Source: Eledone cirrhosa
Lineage: Eukaryota
Reading direction: 5' to 3'
DNA length: 64,000 bases
Assembly: GCA_964016885.1 (NCBI GenBank)
Contig: OZ024748.1
Location: 32,178,001-32,242,000 of the forward strand
Of the stretch, positions 52,201-64,000 are shown piece after piece. The position numbers and the translations under genes were made by a program. Under the pieces are notes generated by a model. That model saw only the letters and a list, made by a program, of their open reading frames with translations. It made no database searches and was not told the origin of the DNA. The stretch's first letter is position 1, and every line of letters starts with the position of its first letter.

Positions 52201-55200
52201 TTTTTAATTTCTGCCTGACCAACAATCGCTCTGTATAATCAGCTCCTGATTATTTACTAGAATTCTATAAGAATATAACATCAGTTATCTCAGTAGACAG
52301 GAGGGTTAGTTAGCCTTGATAAGCTTCAACAAAAGCGAAACAAGGCCCTTGTCGGCTTATCTCCCCTGTTTGCTGAGATTAAAGTAAGTGAATTTGTCAC
52401 TACTCTAAAACAATAGCCTACGGTCTTCAAAATGTTTTTAAATAAGCATAAAGTGTATTGCAAAATACATTATACAGACATCCATATTTATATTGCTATT
52501 TCATAGCTCCAATTCTAATTTGTAATTTCTGCCTGACCAACAATCGTTCTGTATAATCAGCTCCTGATTATTTACTAGAATTCTATAAGAATATAACATC
52601 AGTAATCTCAGTAGACAGGAGGGTTAGTTAGCCTTGATAAGCTTCAACAAAAGCGAAACAAGGCCCTTGTCGGCTTATCTCCCCTGTGTGCTGAGATTAA
52701 AGTAAGTGAATTTGTCACTACTCTATAACTATAGCATACGGTCTTCAAAATGCTTTTAATTAAGCATAAAGTCTATTGCAAAATACATTATATATACATC
52801 CATATATATATTGCTATTTCAGATCTCCAATACTAATTTTTAATTTCTGCCTGACCAACAATCGCTCTGTATAATCAGCTCCTGATTATTTACTAGAATT
52901 CTATAAGAATATAACATAAGTAATCTCAGTAGAAAGGAGGGTTAGTTAGCCTTGATAAGCTTCAACAAAAGCGAAACAAGGCCCTTGTCGGCTTATCTCC
53001 CCTGTTTGCTGAGATTAAAGTAAGTGAATTTGTCACTACTCTAAAACAATAGCATACGGTCTTCAAAATGCTTTTTATTAAGCATAAAGTCTATTGCAAA
53101 ATACATTATATATACATCCATATTTATATTGCTATTTCAGAGCTCCAATTCTAATTTTTAATTTCTGCCTGACCAACAATCGCTCTGTATAATCAGCTCC
53201 TGATTATTTACTAGAATTCTATAAGAATATAACATAAGTAATCTCAGTAGACAGGAGGGTTAGTTAGCTTTCATAAGCTTCAACAAAAGCTAAACAAGGT
53301 CCTTGTCGGCTTATCTGCTCTGTTTGCTGAGATTAAAGTAAGTGAATTTGTAACTACTCTAAAACAATAGCATACGGTCTACAAAATGCTTTTAATTAAG
53401 CACAAAGTGTATTGCAAAATACATTATATATACATCCATATATATATTGCTATTTCAGAGCTCCAATTCTAATTTGTAATTTCTGCCTGACCAACAATCG
53501 CTCTGTATAATCAGCTCCTGATTATTTACTAGAATTCTATAAGAATATAACATAAGTAATCTCAGTAGACAGGAGGGTTAGTTAGCCTTGATAAGCTTCA
53601 ACAAAAGCGAAACAAGGCCCTTGTCGGCTTATCTCCCCTGTTTGCTGAGATTAAAGTAAGTGAATTTGTCACTACTCTAAAACAATAGCATACGGTCTTC
53701 AAAATGCTTTTTATTAAGCATAAAGTCTATTGCAAAATACATTATATATACATCCATATTTATATTGCTATTTCAGAGCTCCAATTCTAATTTTTAATTT
53801 CTGCCTGACCAACAATCGCTCTGTATAATCAGCTCCTGATTATTTACTAGAATTCTATAAGAATATAACATAAGTAATCTCAGTAGACAGGAGGGTTAGT
53901 TAGCTTTCATAAGCTTCAACAAAAGCTAAACAAGGCCCTTGTCGGCTTATCTGCTCTGTTTGCTGAGATTAAAGTAAGTGAATTTGTAACTACTCTAAAA
54001 CAATAGCATACGGTCTACAAAATGCTTTTAATTAAGCACAAAGTGTATTGCAAAATACATTATATATACATCCATATATATATTGCTATTTCAGAGCTCC
54101 AATTCTAATTTGTAATTTCTGCCTGACCAACAATCGCTCTGTATAATCAGCTCCTGATTATTTACTAGAATTCTATAAGAATATAACATAAGTAATCTCA
54201 GTAGACAGGAGGGTTAGTTAGCCTTGATAAGCTTCAACAAAAGCGAAACAAGGCCCTTGTCGGCTTATCTGCTCTGTTTGCTGAGATTAAAGTAAGTGAA
54301 TTTGTAACTACTCTAAAACAATAGCATACGGTCTACAAAATGCTTTTAATTAAGCACAAAGTGTATTGCAAAATACATTATATATACATCCATATATATA
54401 TTGCTATTTCAGAGCTCCAATTCTAATTTTTAATTTCTGCCTGACCAACAATCGCTCTGTATAATCAGCTCCTGATTATTTACTAGAATTCTATAAGAAT
54501 ATAACATCAGTAATCTCAGTAGACAGGAGGGGTAGTTAGCCTTGATAAGCTTCAACAAAAGCGAAACAAGGCCCTTGTCGGCTTATCTCCCCTGTGTGCT
54601 GAGATTAAAGTAAGTGAATTTGTCACTACTCTAAAACTATAGCATACGGTCTTCAAAATGCTTCTAATTAAGCATAAAGTCTATTGCAAAATACATTATA
54701 TATACATCCATATATATATTGCTATTTCAGATCTCCAATACTAATTTTTAATTTCTGCCTGACCAACAATCGCTCTGTATAATCAGCTCCTGATTATTTA
54801 CTAGAATTCTATAAGAATATAACATCAGTAATCTCTAGTAAACAGGACGGGTAGTTAGCCTTGATAAGCTTCAACGAAAGCGAAACAAGGCCCTTGTCGG
54901 CTTATCTCCCCTGTGTGCTGAGATTAAAGTAAGTGAATTTGTCACTACTCTAAAACAATAGCATAAGGTCTTCAAAATGCTTTTAATTAAGCATAAAGTC
55001 TATTGCAAAATACATTATATCTACATCTATATATATATTGCTATTTCAGAGCTCCAATTCTAATTTTTAATTTCTGCCTGACCAACAATCGCTCTGTATA
55101 ATCAGCTCCTGATTATTTACTAGAATTCTATAAGAATATAACATCAGTAATCTAAAGTAGACAGGAGGTGTAGTTAGCCTTGATAAGCTTCAACAAAAGC

Positions 55201-58200
55201 GAAACAAGGCCCTTGTCGGCTTATCTCCCCTGTTTGCTGAGATTAAAGTAAGTGAATTTGTCACTACTCTAAAACAATAGCATACGGTCTTCAAAATGCT
55301 TTTAATTAATCATAAAGTGTATTGCAAAATACATTATATATACATCCATATATATATTGCTATTTCAGAGCTCCAATACTAATTTTTAATTTCTGCCTGA
55401 CCAACAATCGCTCTGTATAATCAGCTCCTGATTATTTACTAGAATTCTATAAGAATATAACATCAGTAATCTCAGTAGACAGGACGTGTAGTTAGCCTTG
55501 ATAAGCTTCAACAAAAGCGAAACAAGGCCCTTGTCGGCTTATCTCCCCTGTTTGCTGAGATTAAAATAAGTGAATTTATCACTACTCTAAAACAATAGCA
55601 TACGGTCTTCAAAATGCTTTTTATTAAGCATAAAGTCTATTGCAAAATACATTATACAGACATCCATATTTATATTGCTATTTCAAAGGTCCAATTCTAA
55701 TTTTTAATTTCTGCCTGACCAACAATCGCTCTGTATAATCAGCTCCTGATTATTTACTAGAATTCTATAAGAATATAACATCAGTAATCTCAGTAGACAG
55801 GACGTGTAGTTAGCCTTGATAAGCTTCAACAAAAGCGAAACAAGGCCCTTGTCGGCTTATCTCCCCTGTTTGCTGAGATTAAAATAAGTGAATTTATCAC
55901 TACTCTAAAACAATAGCATACGGTCTTCAAAATGCTTTTTATTAAGCATAAAGTCTATTGCAAAATACATTATACAGACATCCATATTTATATTGCTATT
56001 TCATAGCTCCAATTCTAATTTTTAATTTCTGCCTGACCAACAATCGCTCTGTATAATCAGCTCCTGATTATTTACTAGAATTCTATTAGAATATAACATC
56101 AGTAATCTCAGTAGACAGGAGGGGTAGTTAGCCTTGATAAGCTTCAACAAAAGCGAAACAAGGCCCTTGTCGGCTTATCTCCCCTGTTTGCTGAGATTAA
56201 AGTAAGTGAATTTGTTACTACTCTAAAACAATAGCATACGGTCTTCAAAATGCTTTTAATTAATCATAAAGTGTATTGCAAAATACATTATATATACATC
56301 CATATATATATTGCTAGTTCAGAGCTCCAATTCTAATTTTTAATTTCTGCCTGACCAACAATCGCTCTGTAAAATCAGCACCTGATTATTTACTAGAATT
56401 CTATAAGAATATAACATCCGTAATGTCAGTAGACAGGAGGGTTAGTTAGCCTTGATAAGCTTCAACAAAAGCGAAACAAGGCCCTTGTCGGCTTATCTCC
56501 CCTGTTTGCTGAGATTAAAGTAAATGAATTTGTCACTACTCTAAAACAATAGCATACGGTCTGCAAAATGCTTTTAATTAAGCATAAAGTCTATTGCAAA
56601 ATACATTATATATACATCCATATATATATTGCTATATCAGAGCTCCAATTCTAATTTTTAATTTCTGCCTGACCAACAATCGCTCTGTATAATCAGCTCC
56701 TGATTATTTACTAGAATTCTATAAGAATATAACATCAGTAATCTCAGTAGACAGGACGTGTAGTTAGCCTTGATAAGCTTCAACAAAAGCGAAACAAGGC
56801 CCTTGTCGGCTTATCTCCCCTGTTTGCTGATATTAAAGTAAGTGAATTTGTAACTACTCTAAAACAATAGCATACGGTCTTCAAAATGCTTTTAATTAAG
56901 CACAAAGTGTATTGCAAAATACATTATATATACATCTATATATATATTGCTATTTCAGAGCTCCAATACTAATTTTTAATTTCTGCCTGACCAACAATCG
57001 CTCTGTATAATCAGCTCCTGATTATTTACAAGAATTCTATAAGAATATAACATCAGTAATCTCAGTAGACAGGAGGGTTAGTTAGCCTTGATAAGCTTCA
57101 ACAAAGCGAAACAAGGCCCTTGTCGGCTTATCTCCCCTGTTTGCTGAGATTAAAGTAAGTGAATTTGTCACTACTCTAAAACAATAGCATACGGTCTTCA
57201 AAATGCTTTTAATTAAGCATAAAGTCTATTGCAAAATACATTATATCTACATCTATATATATATTGCTATTTCAGAGCTCCAATTCTAATTTTTAATTTC
57301 TGCCTGACCAACAATCGCTCTGTATAATCAGCTCCTGATTATTTACTAGAATTCTATAAGAATATAACATCAGTTATCTCAGTAGACAGGAGGGTTAGTT
57401 AGCCTTGATAAGCTTCAACAAAAGCGAAACAAGGCCCTTGTCGGCTTATCTCCCCTGTTTGCTGAGATTAAAGTAAGTGAATTTGTCACTACTCTAAAAC
57501 AATAGCCTACGGTCTTCAAAATGTTTTTAAATAAGCATAAAGTGTATTGCAAAATACATTATACAGACATCCATATTTATATTGCTATTTCATAGCTCCA
57601 ATTCTAATTTGTAATTTCTGCCTGACCAACAATCGTTCTGTATAATCAGCTCCTGATTATTTACTAGAATTCTATAAGAATATAACATCAGTAATCTCAG
57701 TAGACAGGAGGGTTAGTTAGCCTTGATAAGCTTCAACAAAAGCGAAACAAGGCCCTTGTCGGCTTATCTCCCCTGTGTGCTGAGATTAAAGTAAGTGAAT
57801 TTGTCACTACTCTATAACTATAGCATACGGTCTTCAAAATGCTTTTAATTAAGCATAAAGTCTATTGCAAAATACATTATATATACATCCATATATATAT
57901 TGCTATTTCAGATCTCCAATACTAATTTTTAATTTCTGCCTGACCAACAATCGCTCTGTATAATCAGCTCCTGATTATTTACTAGAATTCTATAAGAATA
58001 TAACATAAGTAATCTCAGTAGAAAGGAGGGTTAGTTAGCCTTGATAAGCTTCAACAAAAGCGAAACAAGGCCCTTGTCGGCTTATCTCCCCTGTTTGCTG
58101 AGATTAAAGTAAGTGAATTTGTCACTACTCTAAAACAATAGCATACGGTCTTCAAAATGCTTTTTATTAAGCATAAAGTCTATTGCAAAATACATTATAT

Positions 58201-61200
58201 ATCCATCCATATTTATATTGCTATTTCAGAGCTCCAATTCTAATTTTTAATTTCTGCCTGACCAACAATCGCTCTGTATAATCAGCTCCTGATTATTTAC
58301 TAGAATTCTATAAGAATATAACATAAGTAATCTCAGTAGACAGGAGGGTTAGTTAGCTTTCATAAGCTTCAACAAAAGCTAAACAAGGTCCTTGTCGGCT
58401 TATCTGCTCTGTTTGCTGAGATTAAAGTAAGTGAATTTGTAACTACTCTAAAACAATAGCATACGGTCTACAAAATGCTTTTAATTAAGCACAAAGTGTA
58501 TTGCAAAATACATTATATATACATCCATATATATATTGCTATTTCAGAGCTCCAATTCTAATTTGTAATTTCTGCCTGACCAACAATCGCTCTGTATAAT
58601 CAGCTCCTGATTATTTACTAGAATTCTATAAGAATATAACATAAGTAATCTCAGTAGACAGGAGGGTTAGTTAGCCTTGATAAGCTTCAACAAAAGCGAA
58701 ACAAGGCCCTTGTCGGCTTATCTCCCCTGTTTGCTGAGATTAAAGTAAGTGAATTTGTCACTACTCTAAAACAATAGCATACGGTCTTCAAAATGCTTTT
58801 TATTAAGCATAAAGTCTATTGCAAAATACATTATATATACATCCATATTTATATTGCTATTTCAGAGCTCCAATTCTAATTTTTAATTTCTGCCTGACCA
58901 ACAATCGCTCTGTATAATCAGCTCCTGATTATTTACTAGAATTCTATAAGAATATAACATAAGTAATCTCAGTAGACAGGAGGGTTAGTTAGCTTTCATA
59001 AGCTTCAACAAAAGCTAAACAAGGCCCTTGTCGGCTTATCTGCTCTGTTTGCTGAGATTAAAGTAAGTGAATTTGTAACTACTCTAAAACAATAGCATAC
59101 GGTCTACAAAATGCTTTTAATTAAGCACAAATTGTATTGCAAAATACATTATATATACATCCATATATATATTGCTATTTCAGAGCTCCAATTCTAATTT
59201 GTAATTTCTGCCTGACCAACAATCGCTCTGTATAATCAGCTCCTGATTATTTACTAGAATTCTATAAGAATATAACATAAGTAATCTCAGTAGACAGGAG
59301 GGTTAGTTAGCCTTGATAAGCTTCAACAAAAGCGAAACAAGGCCCTTGTCGGCTTATCTGCTCTGTTTGCTGAGATTAAAGTAAGTGAATTTGTAACTAC
59401 TCTAAAACAATAGCATACGGTCTACAAAATGCTTTTAATTAAGCACAAAGTGTATTGCAAAATACATTATATATACATCCATATATATATTGCTATTTCA
59501 GAGCTCCAATTCTAATTTTTAATTTCTGCCTGACCAACAATCGCTCTGTATAATCAGCTCCTGATTATTTACTAGAATTCTATAAGAATATAACATCAGT
59601 AATCTCAGTAGACAGGAGGGGTAGTTAGCCTTGATAAGCTTCAACAAAAGCGAAACAAGGCCCTTGTCGGCTTATCTCCCCTGTGTGCTGAGATTAAAGT
59701 AAGTGAATTTGTCACTACTCTAAAACTATAGCATACGGTCTTCAAAATGCTTCTAATTAAGCATAAAGTCTATTGCAAAATACATTATATATACATCCAT
59801 ATATATATTGCTATTTCAGATCTCCAATACTAATTTTTAATTTCTGCCTGACCAACAATCGCTCTGTATAATCAGCTCCTGATTATTTACTAGAATTCTA
59901 TAAGAATATAACATCAGTAATCTCTAGTAAACAGGACGGGTAGTTAGCCTTGATAAGCTTCAACGAAAGCGAAACAAGGCCCTTGTCGGCTTATCTCCCC
60001 TGTGTGCTGAGATTAAAGTAAGTGAATTTGTCACTACTCTAAAACAATAGCATAAGGTCTTCAAAATGCTTTTAATTAAGCATAAAGTCTATTGCAAAAT
60101 ACATTATATCTACATCTATATATATATTGCTATTTCAGAGCTCCAATTCTAATTTTTAATTTCTGCCTGACCAACAATCGCTCTGTATAATCAGCTCCTG
60201 ATTATTTACTAGAATTCTATAAGAATATAACATCAGTAATCTAAAGTAGACAGGAGGTGTAGTTAGCCTTGATAAGCTTCAACAAAAGCGAAACAAGGCC
60301 CTTGTCGGCTTATCTCCCCTGTTTGCTGAGATTAAAGTAAGTGAATTTGTCACTACTCTAAAACAATAGCATACGGTCTTCAAAATGCTTTTAATTAATC
60401 ATAAAGTGTATTGCAAAATACATTATATATACATCCATATATATATTGCTATTTCAGAGCTCCAATACTAATTTTTAATTTCTGCCTGACCAACAATCGC
60501 TCTGTATAATCAGCTCCTGATTATTTACTAGAATTCTATAAGAATATAACATCAGTAATCTCAGTAGACAGGACGTGTAGTTAGCCTTGATAAGCTTCAA
60601 CAAAAGCGAAACAAGGCCCTTGTCGGCTTATCTCCCCTGTTTGCTGAGATTAAAATAAGTGAATTTATCACTACTCTAAAACAATAGCATACGGTCTTCA
60701 AAATGCTTTTTATTAAGCATAAAGTCTATTGCAAAATACATTATACAGACATCCATATTTATATTGCTATTTCAAAGCTCCAATTCTAATTTTTAATTTC
60801 TGCCTGACCAACAATCGCTCTGTATAATCAGCTCCTGATTATTTACTAGAATTCTATAAGAATATAACATCAGTAATCTCAGTAGACAGGACGTGTAGTT
60901 AGCCTTGATAAGCTTCAACAAAAGCGAAACAAGGCCCTTGTCGGCTTATCTCCCCTGTTTGCTGAGATTAAAATAAGTGAATTTATCACTACTCTAAAAC
61001 AATAGCATACGGTCTTCAAAATGCTTTTTATTAAGCATAAAGTCTATTGCAAAATACATTATACAGACATCCATATTTATATTGCTATTTCATAGCTCCA
61101 ATTCTAATTTTTAATTTCTGCCTGACCAACAATCGCTCTGTATAATCAGCTCCTGATTATTTACTAGAATTCTATTAGAATATAACATCAGTAATCTCAG

Positions 61201-64000
61201 TAGACAGGAGGGGTAGTTAGCCTTGATAAGCTTCAACAAAAGCGAAACAAGGCCCTTGTCGGCTTATCTCCCCTGTTTGCTGAGATTAAAGTAAGTGAAT
61301 TTGTTACTACTCTAAAACAATAGCATACGGTCTTCAAAATGCTTTTAATTAATCATAAAGTGTATTGCAAAATACATTATATATACATCCATATATATAT
61401 TGCTAGTTCAGAGCTCCAATTCTAATTTTTAATTTCTGCCTGACCAACAATCGCTCTGTAAAATCACCACCTGATTATTTACTAGAATTCTATAAGAATA
61501 TAACATCCGTAATGTCAGTAGACAGGAGGGTTAGTTAGCCTTGATAAGCTTCAACAAAAGCGAAACAAGGCCCTTGTCGGCTTATCTCCCCTGTTTGCTG
61601 AGATTAAAGTAAATGAATTTGTCACTACTCTAAAACAATAGCATACGGTCTGCAAAATGCTTTTAATTAAGCATAAAGTCTATTGCAAAATACATTATAT
61701 ATACATCCATATATATATTGCTATATCAGAGCTCCAATTCTAATTTTTAATTTCTGCCTGACCAACAATCGCTCTGTATAATCAGCTCCTGATTATTTAC
61801 TAGAATTCTATAAGAATATAACATCAGTAATCTCAGTAGACAGGACGTGTAGTTAGCCTTGATAAGCTTCAACAAAAGCGAAACAAGGCCCTTGTCGGCT
61901 TATCTCCCCTGTTTGCTGATATTAAAGTAAGTGAATTTGTAACTACTCTAAAACAATAGCATACGGTCTTCAAAATGCTTTTAATTAAGCACAAAGTGTA
62001 TTGCAAAATACATTATATATACATCTATATATATATTGCTATTTCAGAGCTCCAATACTAATTTTTAATTTCTGCCTGACCAACAATCGCTCTGTATAAT
62101 CAGCTCCTGATTATTTACAAGAATTCTATAAGAATATAACATCAGTAATCTCAGTAGACAGGAGGGTTAGTTAGCCTTGATAAGCTTCAACAAAACGAAA
62201 CAAGGCCCTTGTCGGCTTATCTCCCCTGTTTGCTGAGATTAAAGTAAGTGAATTTGTCACTACTCTAAAACAATAGCATACGGTCTTCAAAATGCTTTTA
62301 ATTAAGCATAAAGTCTATTGCAAAATACATTATATCTACATCTATATATATATTGCTATTTCAGAGCTCCAATTCTAATTTTTAATTTCTGCCTGACCAA
62401 CAATCGCTCTGTATAATCAGCTCCTGATTATTTACTAGAATTCTATAAGAATATAACATCAGTTATCTCAGTAGACAGGAGGGTTAGTTAGCCTTGATAA
62501 GCTTCAACAAAAGCGAAACAAGGCCCTTGTCGGCTTATCTCCCCTGTTTGCTGAGATTAAAGTAAGTGAATTTGTCACTACTCTAAAACAATAGCCTACG
62601 GTCTTCAAAATGTTTTTAAATAAGCATAAAGTGTATTGCAAAATACATTATACAGACATCCATATTTATATTGCTATTTCATAGCTCCAATTTTAATTTG
62701 TAATTTCTGCCTGACCAACAATCGTTCTGTATAATCAGCTCCTGATTATTTACTAGAATTCTATAAGAATATAACATCAGTAATCTCAGTAGACAGGAGG
62801 GTTAGTTAGCCTTGATAAGCTTCAACAAAAGCGAAACAAGGCCCTTGTCGGCTTATCTCCCCTGTGTGCTGAGATTAAAGTAAGTGAATTTGTCACTACT
62901 CTAAAACTATAGCATACGGTCTTCAAAATGCTTTTAATTAAGCATAAAGTCTATTGCAAAATACATTATATATACATCCATATATATATTGCTATTTCAG
63001 ATCTCCAATACTAATTTTTAATTTCTGCCTGACCAACAATCGCTCTGTATAATCAGCTCCTGATTATTTACTAGAATTCTATAAGAATATAACATAAGTA
63101 ATCTCAGTAGAAAGGAGGGTTAGTTAGCCTTGATAAGCTTCAACAAAAGCGAAACAAGGCCCTTGTCGGCTTATCTCCCCTGTTTGCTGAGATTAAAGTA
63201 AGTGAATTTGTCACTACTCTAAAACAATAGCATACGGTCTTCAAAATGCTTTTTATTAAGCATAAAGTCTATTGCAAAATACATTATATATACATCCATA
63301 TTTATATTGCTATTTCAGAGCTCCAATTCTAATTTTTAATTTCTGCCTGACCAACAATCGCTCTGTATAATCAGCTCCTGATTATTTACTAGAATTCTAT
63401 AAGAATATAACATAAGTAATCTCAGTAGACAGGAGGGTTAGTTAGCTTTCATAAGCTTCAACAAAAGCTAAACAAGGTCCTTGTTGGCTTATCTGCTCTG
63501 TTTGCTGAGATTAAAGTAAGTGAATTTGTAACTACTCTAAAACAATAGCATACGGTCTACAAAATGCTTTTAATTAAGCACAAAGTGTATTGCAAAATAC
63601 ATTATATATACATCCATATATATATTGCTATTTCAGAGCTCCAATTCTAATTTGTAATTTCTGCCTGACCAACAATCGCTCTGTATAATCAGCTCCTGAT
63701 TATTTACTAGAATTCTATAAGAATATAACATAAGTAATCTCAGTAGACAGGAGGGTTAGTTAGCCTTGATAAGCTTCAACAAAAGCGAAACAAGGCCCTT
63801 GTCGGCTTATCTCCCCTGTTTGCTGAGATTAAAGTAAGTGAATTTGTCACTACTCTAAAACAATAGCATACGGTCTTCAAAATGCTTTTTATTAAGCATA
63901 AAGTCTATTGCAAAATACATTATATATACATCCATATTTATATTGCTATTTCAGAGCTCCAATTCTAATTTTTAATTTCTGCCTGACCAACAATCGCTCT
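16239..64000 (+). repeat. Tandem satellite, 318-bp monomer (317-322), ~150 head-to-tail copies, running off the window end
   Basis: Equivalent positions at 16239, 16557, 16875 and 17193 give a period of 318. One HindIII, one EcoRI and one SacI site occur in most monomers. No ORFs. Confidence 0.99.
16936..17032 (+). ncRNA. Type I hammerhead ribozyme (representative copy; one per 318-bp monomer)
   Basis: Stem I AGCC/GGCU extending to UAAUCUCAG/CUGAGAUUA. Core UUGAUAA (16967-73). Stem II GCUU caacaa AAGC. GAAA (16988-91). Stem III CAAG gcc CUUG. GUC cleavage triplet, with the cut after C17004. Confidence 0.9.

Noticed and set aside
16239-64000. CRISPR array or tandem 5S/tRNA/snRNA gene cluster
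   Set aside because: No unique spacers and no cas genes. No recognisable 5S, tRNA or snRNA sequence or Pol III boxes. Internal T runs would terminate Pol III.

Overview
Repeat-dense eukaryotic (animal) genomic DNA. No host protein-coding gene is evident, and a degenerate SINE at ~7.5 kb resembles octopod SINEs, which is only a tentative taxonomic hint. Bases 1-5441 are a near-complete Ty3/Gypsy LTR retrotransposon of CsRn1/Kabuki type. It has identical LTRs, a CHCC Gag box and a GGGAAAC -1 frameshift site with a hairpin, but carries lesions in gag and integrase. Bases 5.4-9.2 kb hold a pogo/Tigger end, a CR1/L2-type LINE 3' fragment, a SINE and nested foldback/MITE elements. Bases 9.7-13.7 kb are a Penelope-like element (RT + GIY-YIG) inserted in (TA)n. 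It appears to use a U_UUU_UUA -1 frameshift and ends in a minimal hammerhead ribozyme, and a second inverted 3' end follows before a 200-N gap. Bases 14.7-16.2 kb are an internally deleted Tigger-like transposon containing a telomere-repeat MITE. From ~16,239 to the window end is a ~47.8 kb head-to-tail array of ~150 copies of a 318-bp monomer. Each monomer carries a complete type I hammerhead ribozyme fold with the U3:A8 core variant, which is also the variant in the neighbouring Penelope element. The array therefore looks like a very large retrozyme-like ribozyme satellite, with higher-order repeats and periodic catalytically dead units. All structures were read by eye and none was computed.
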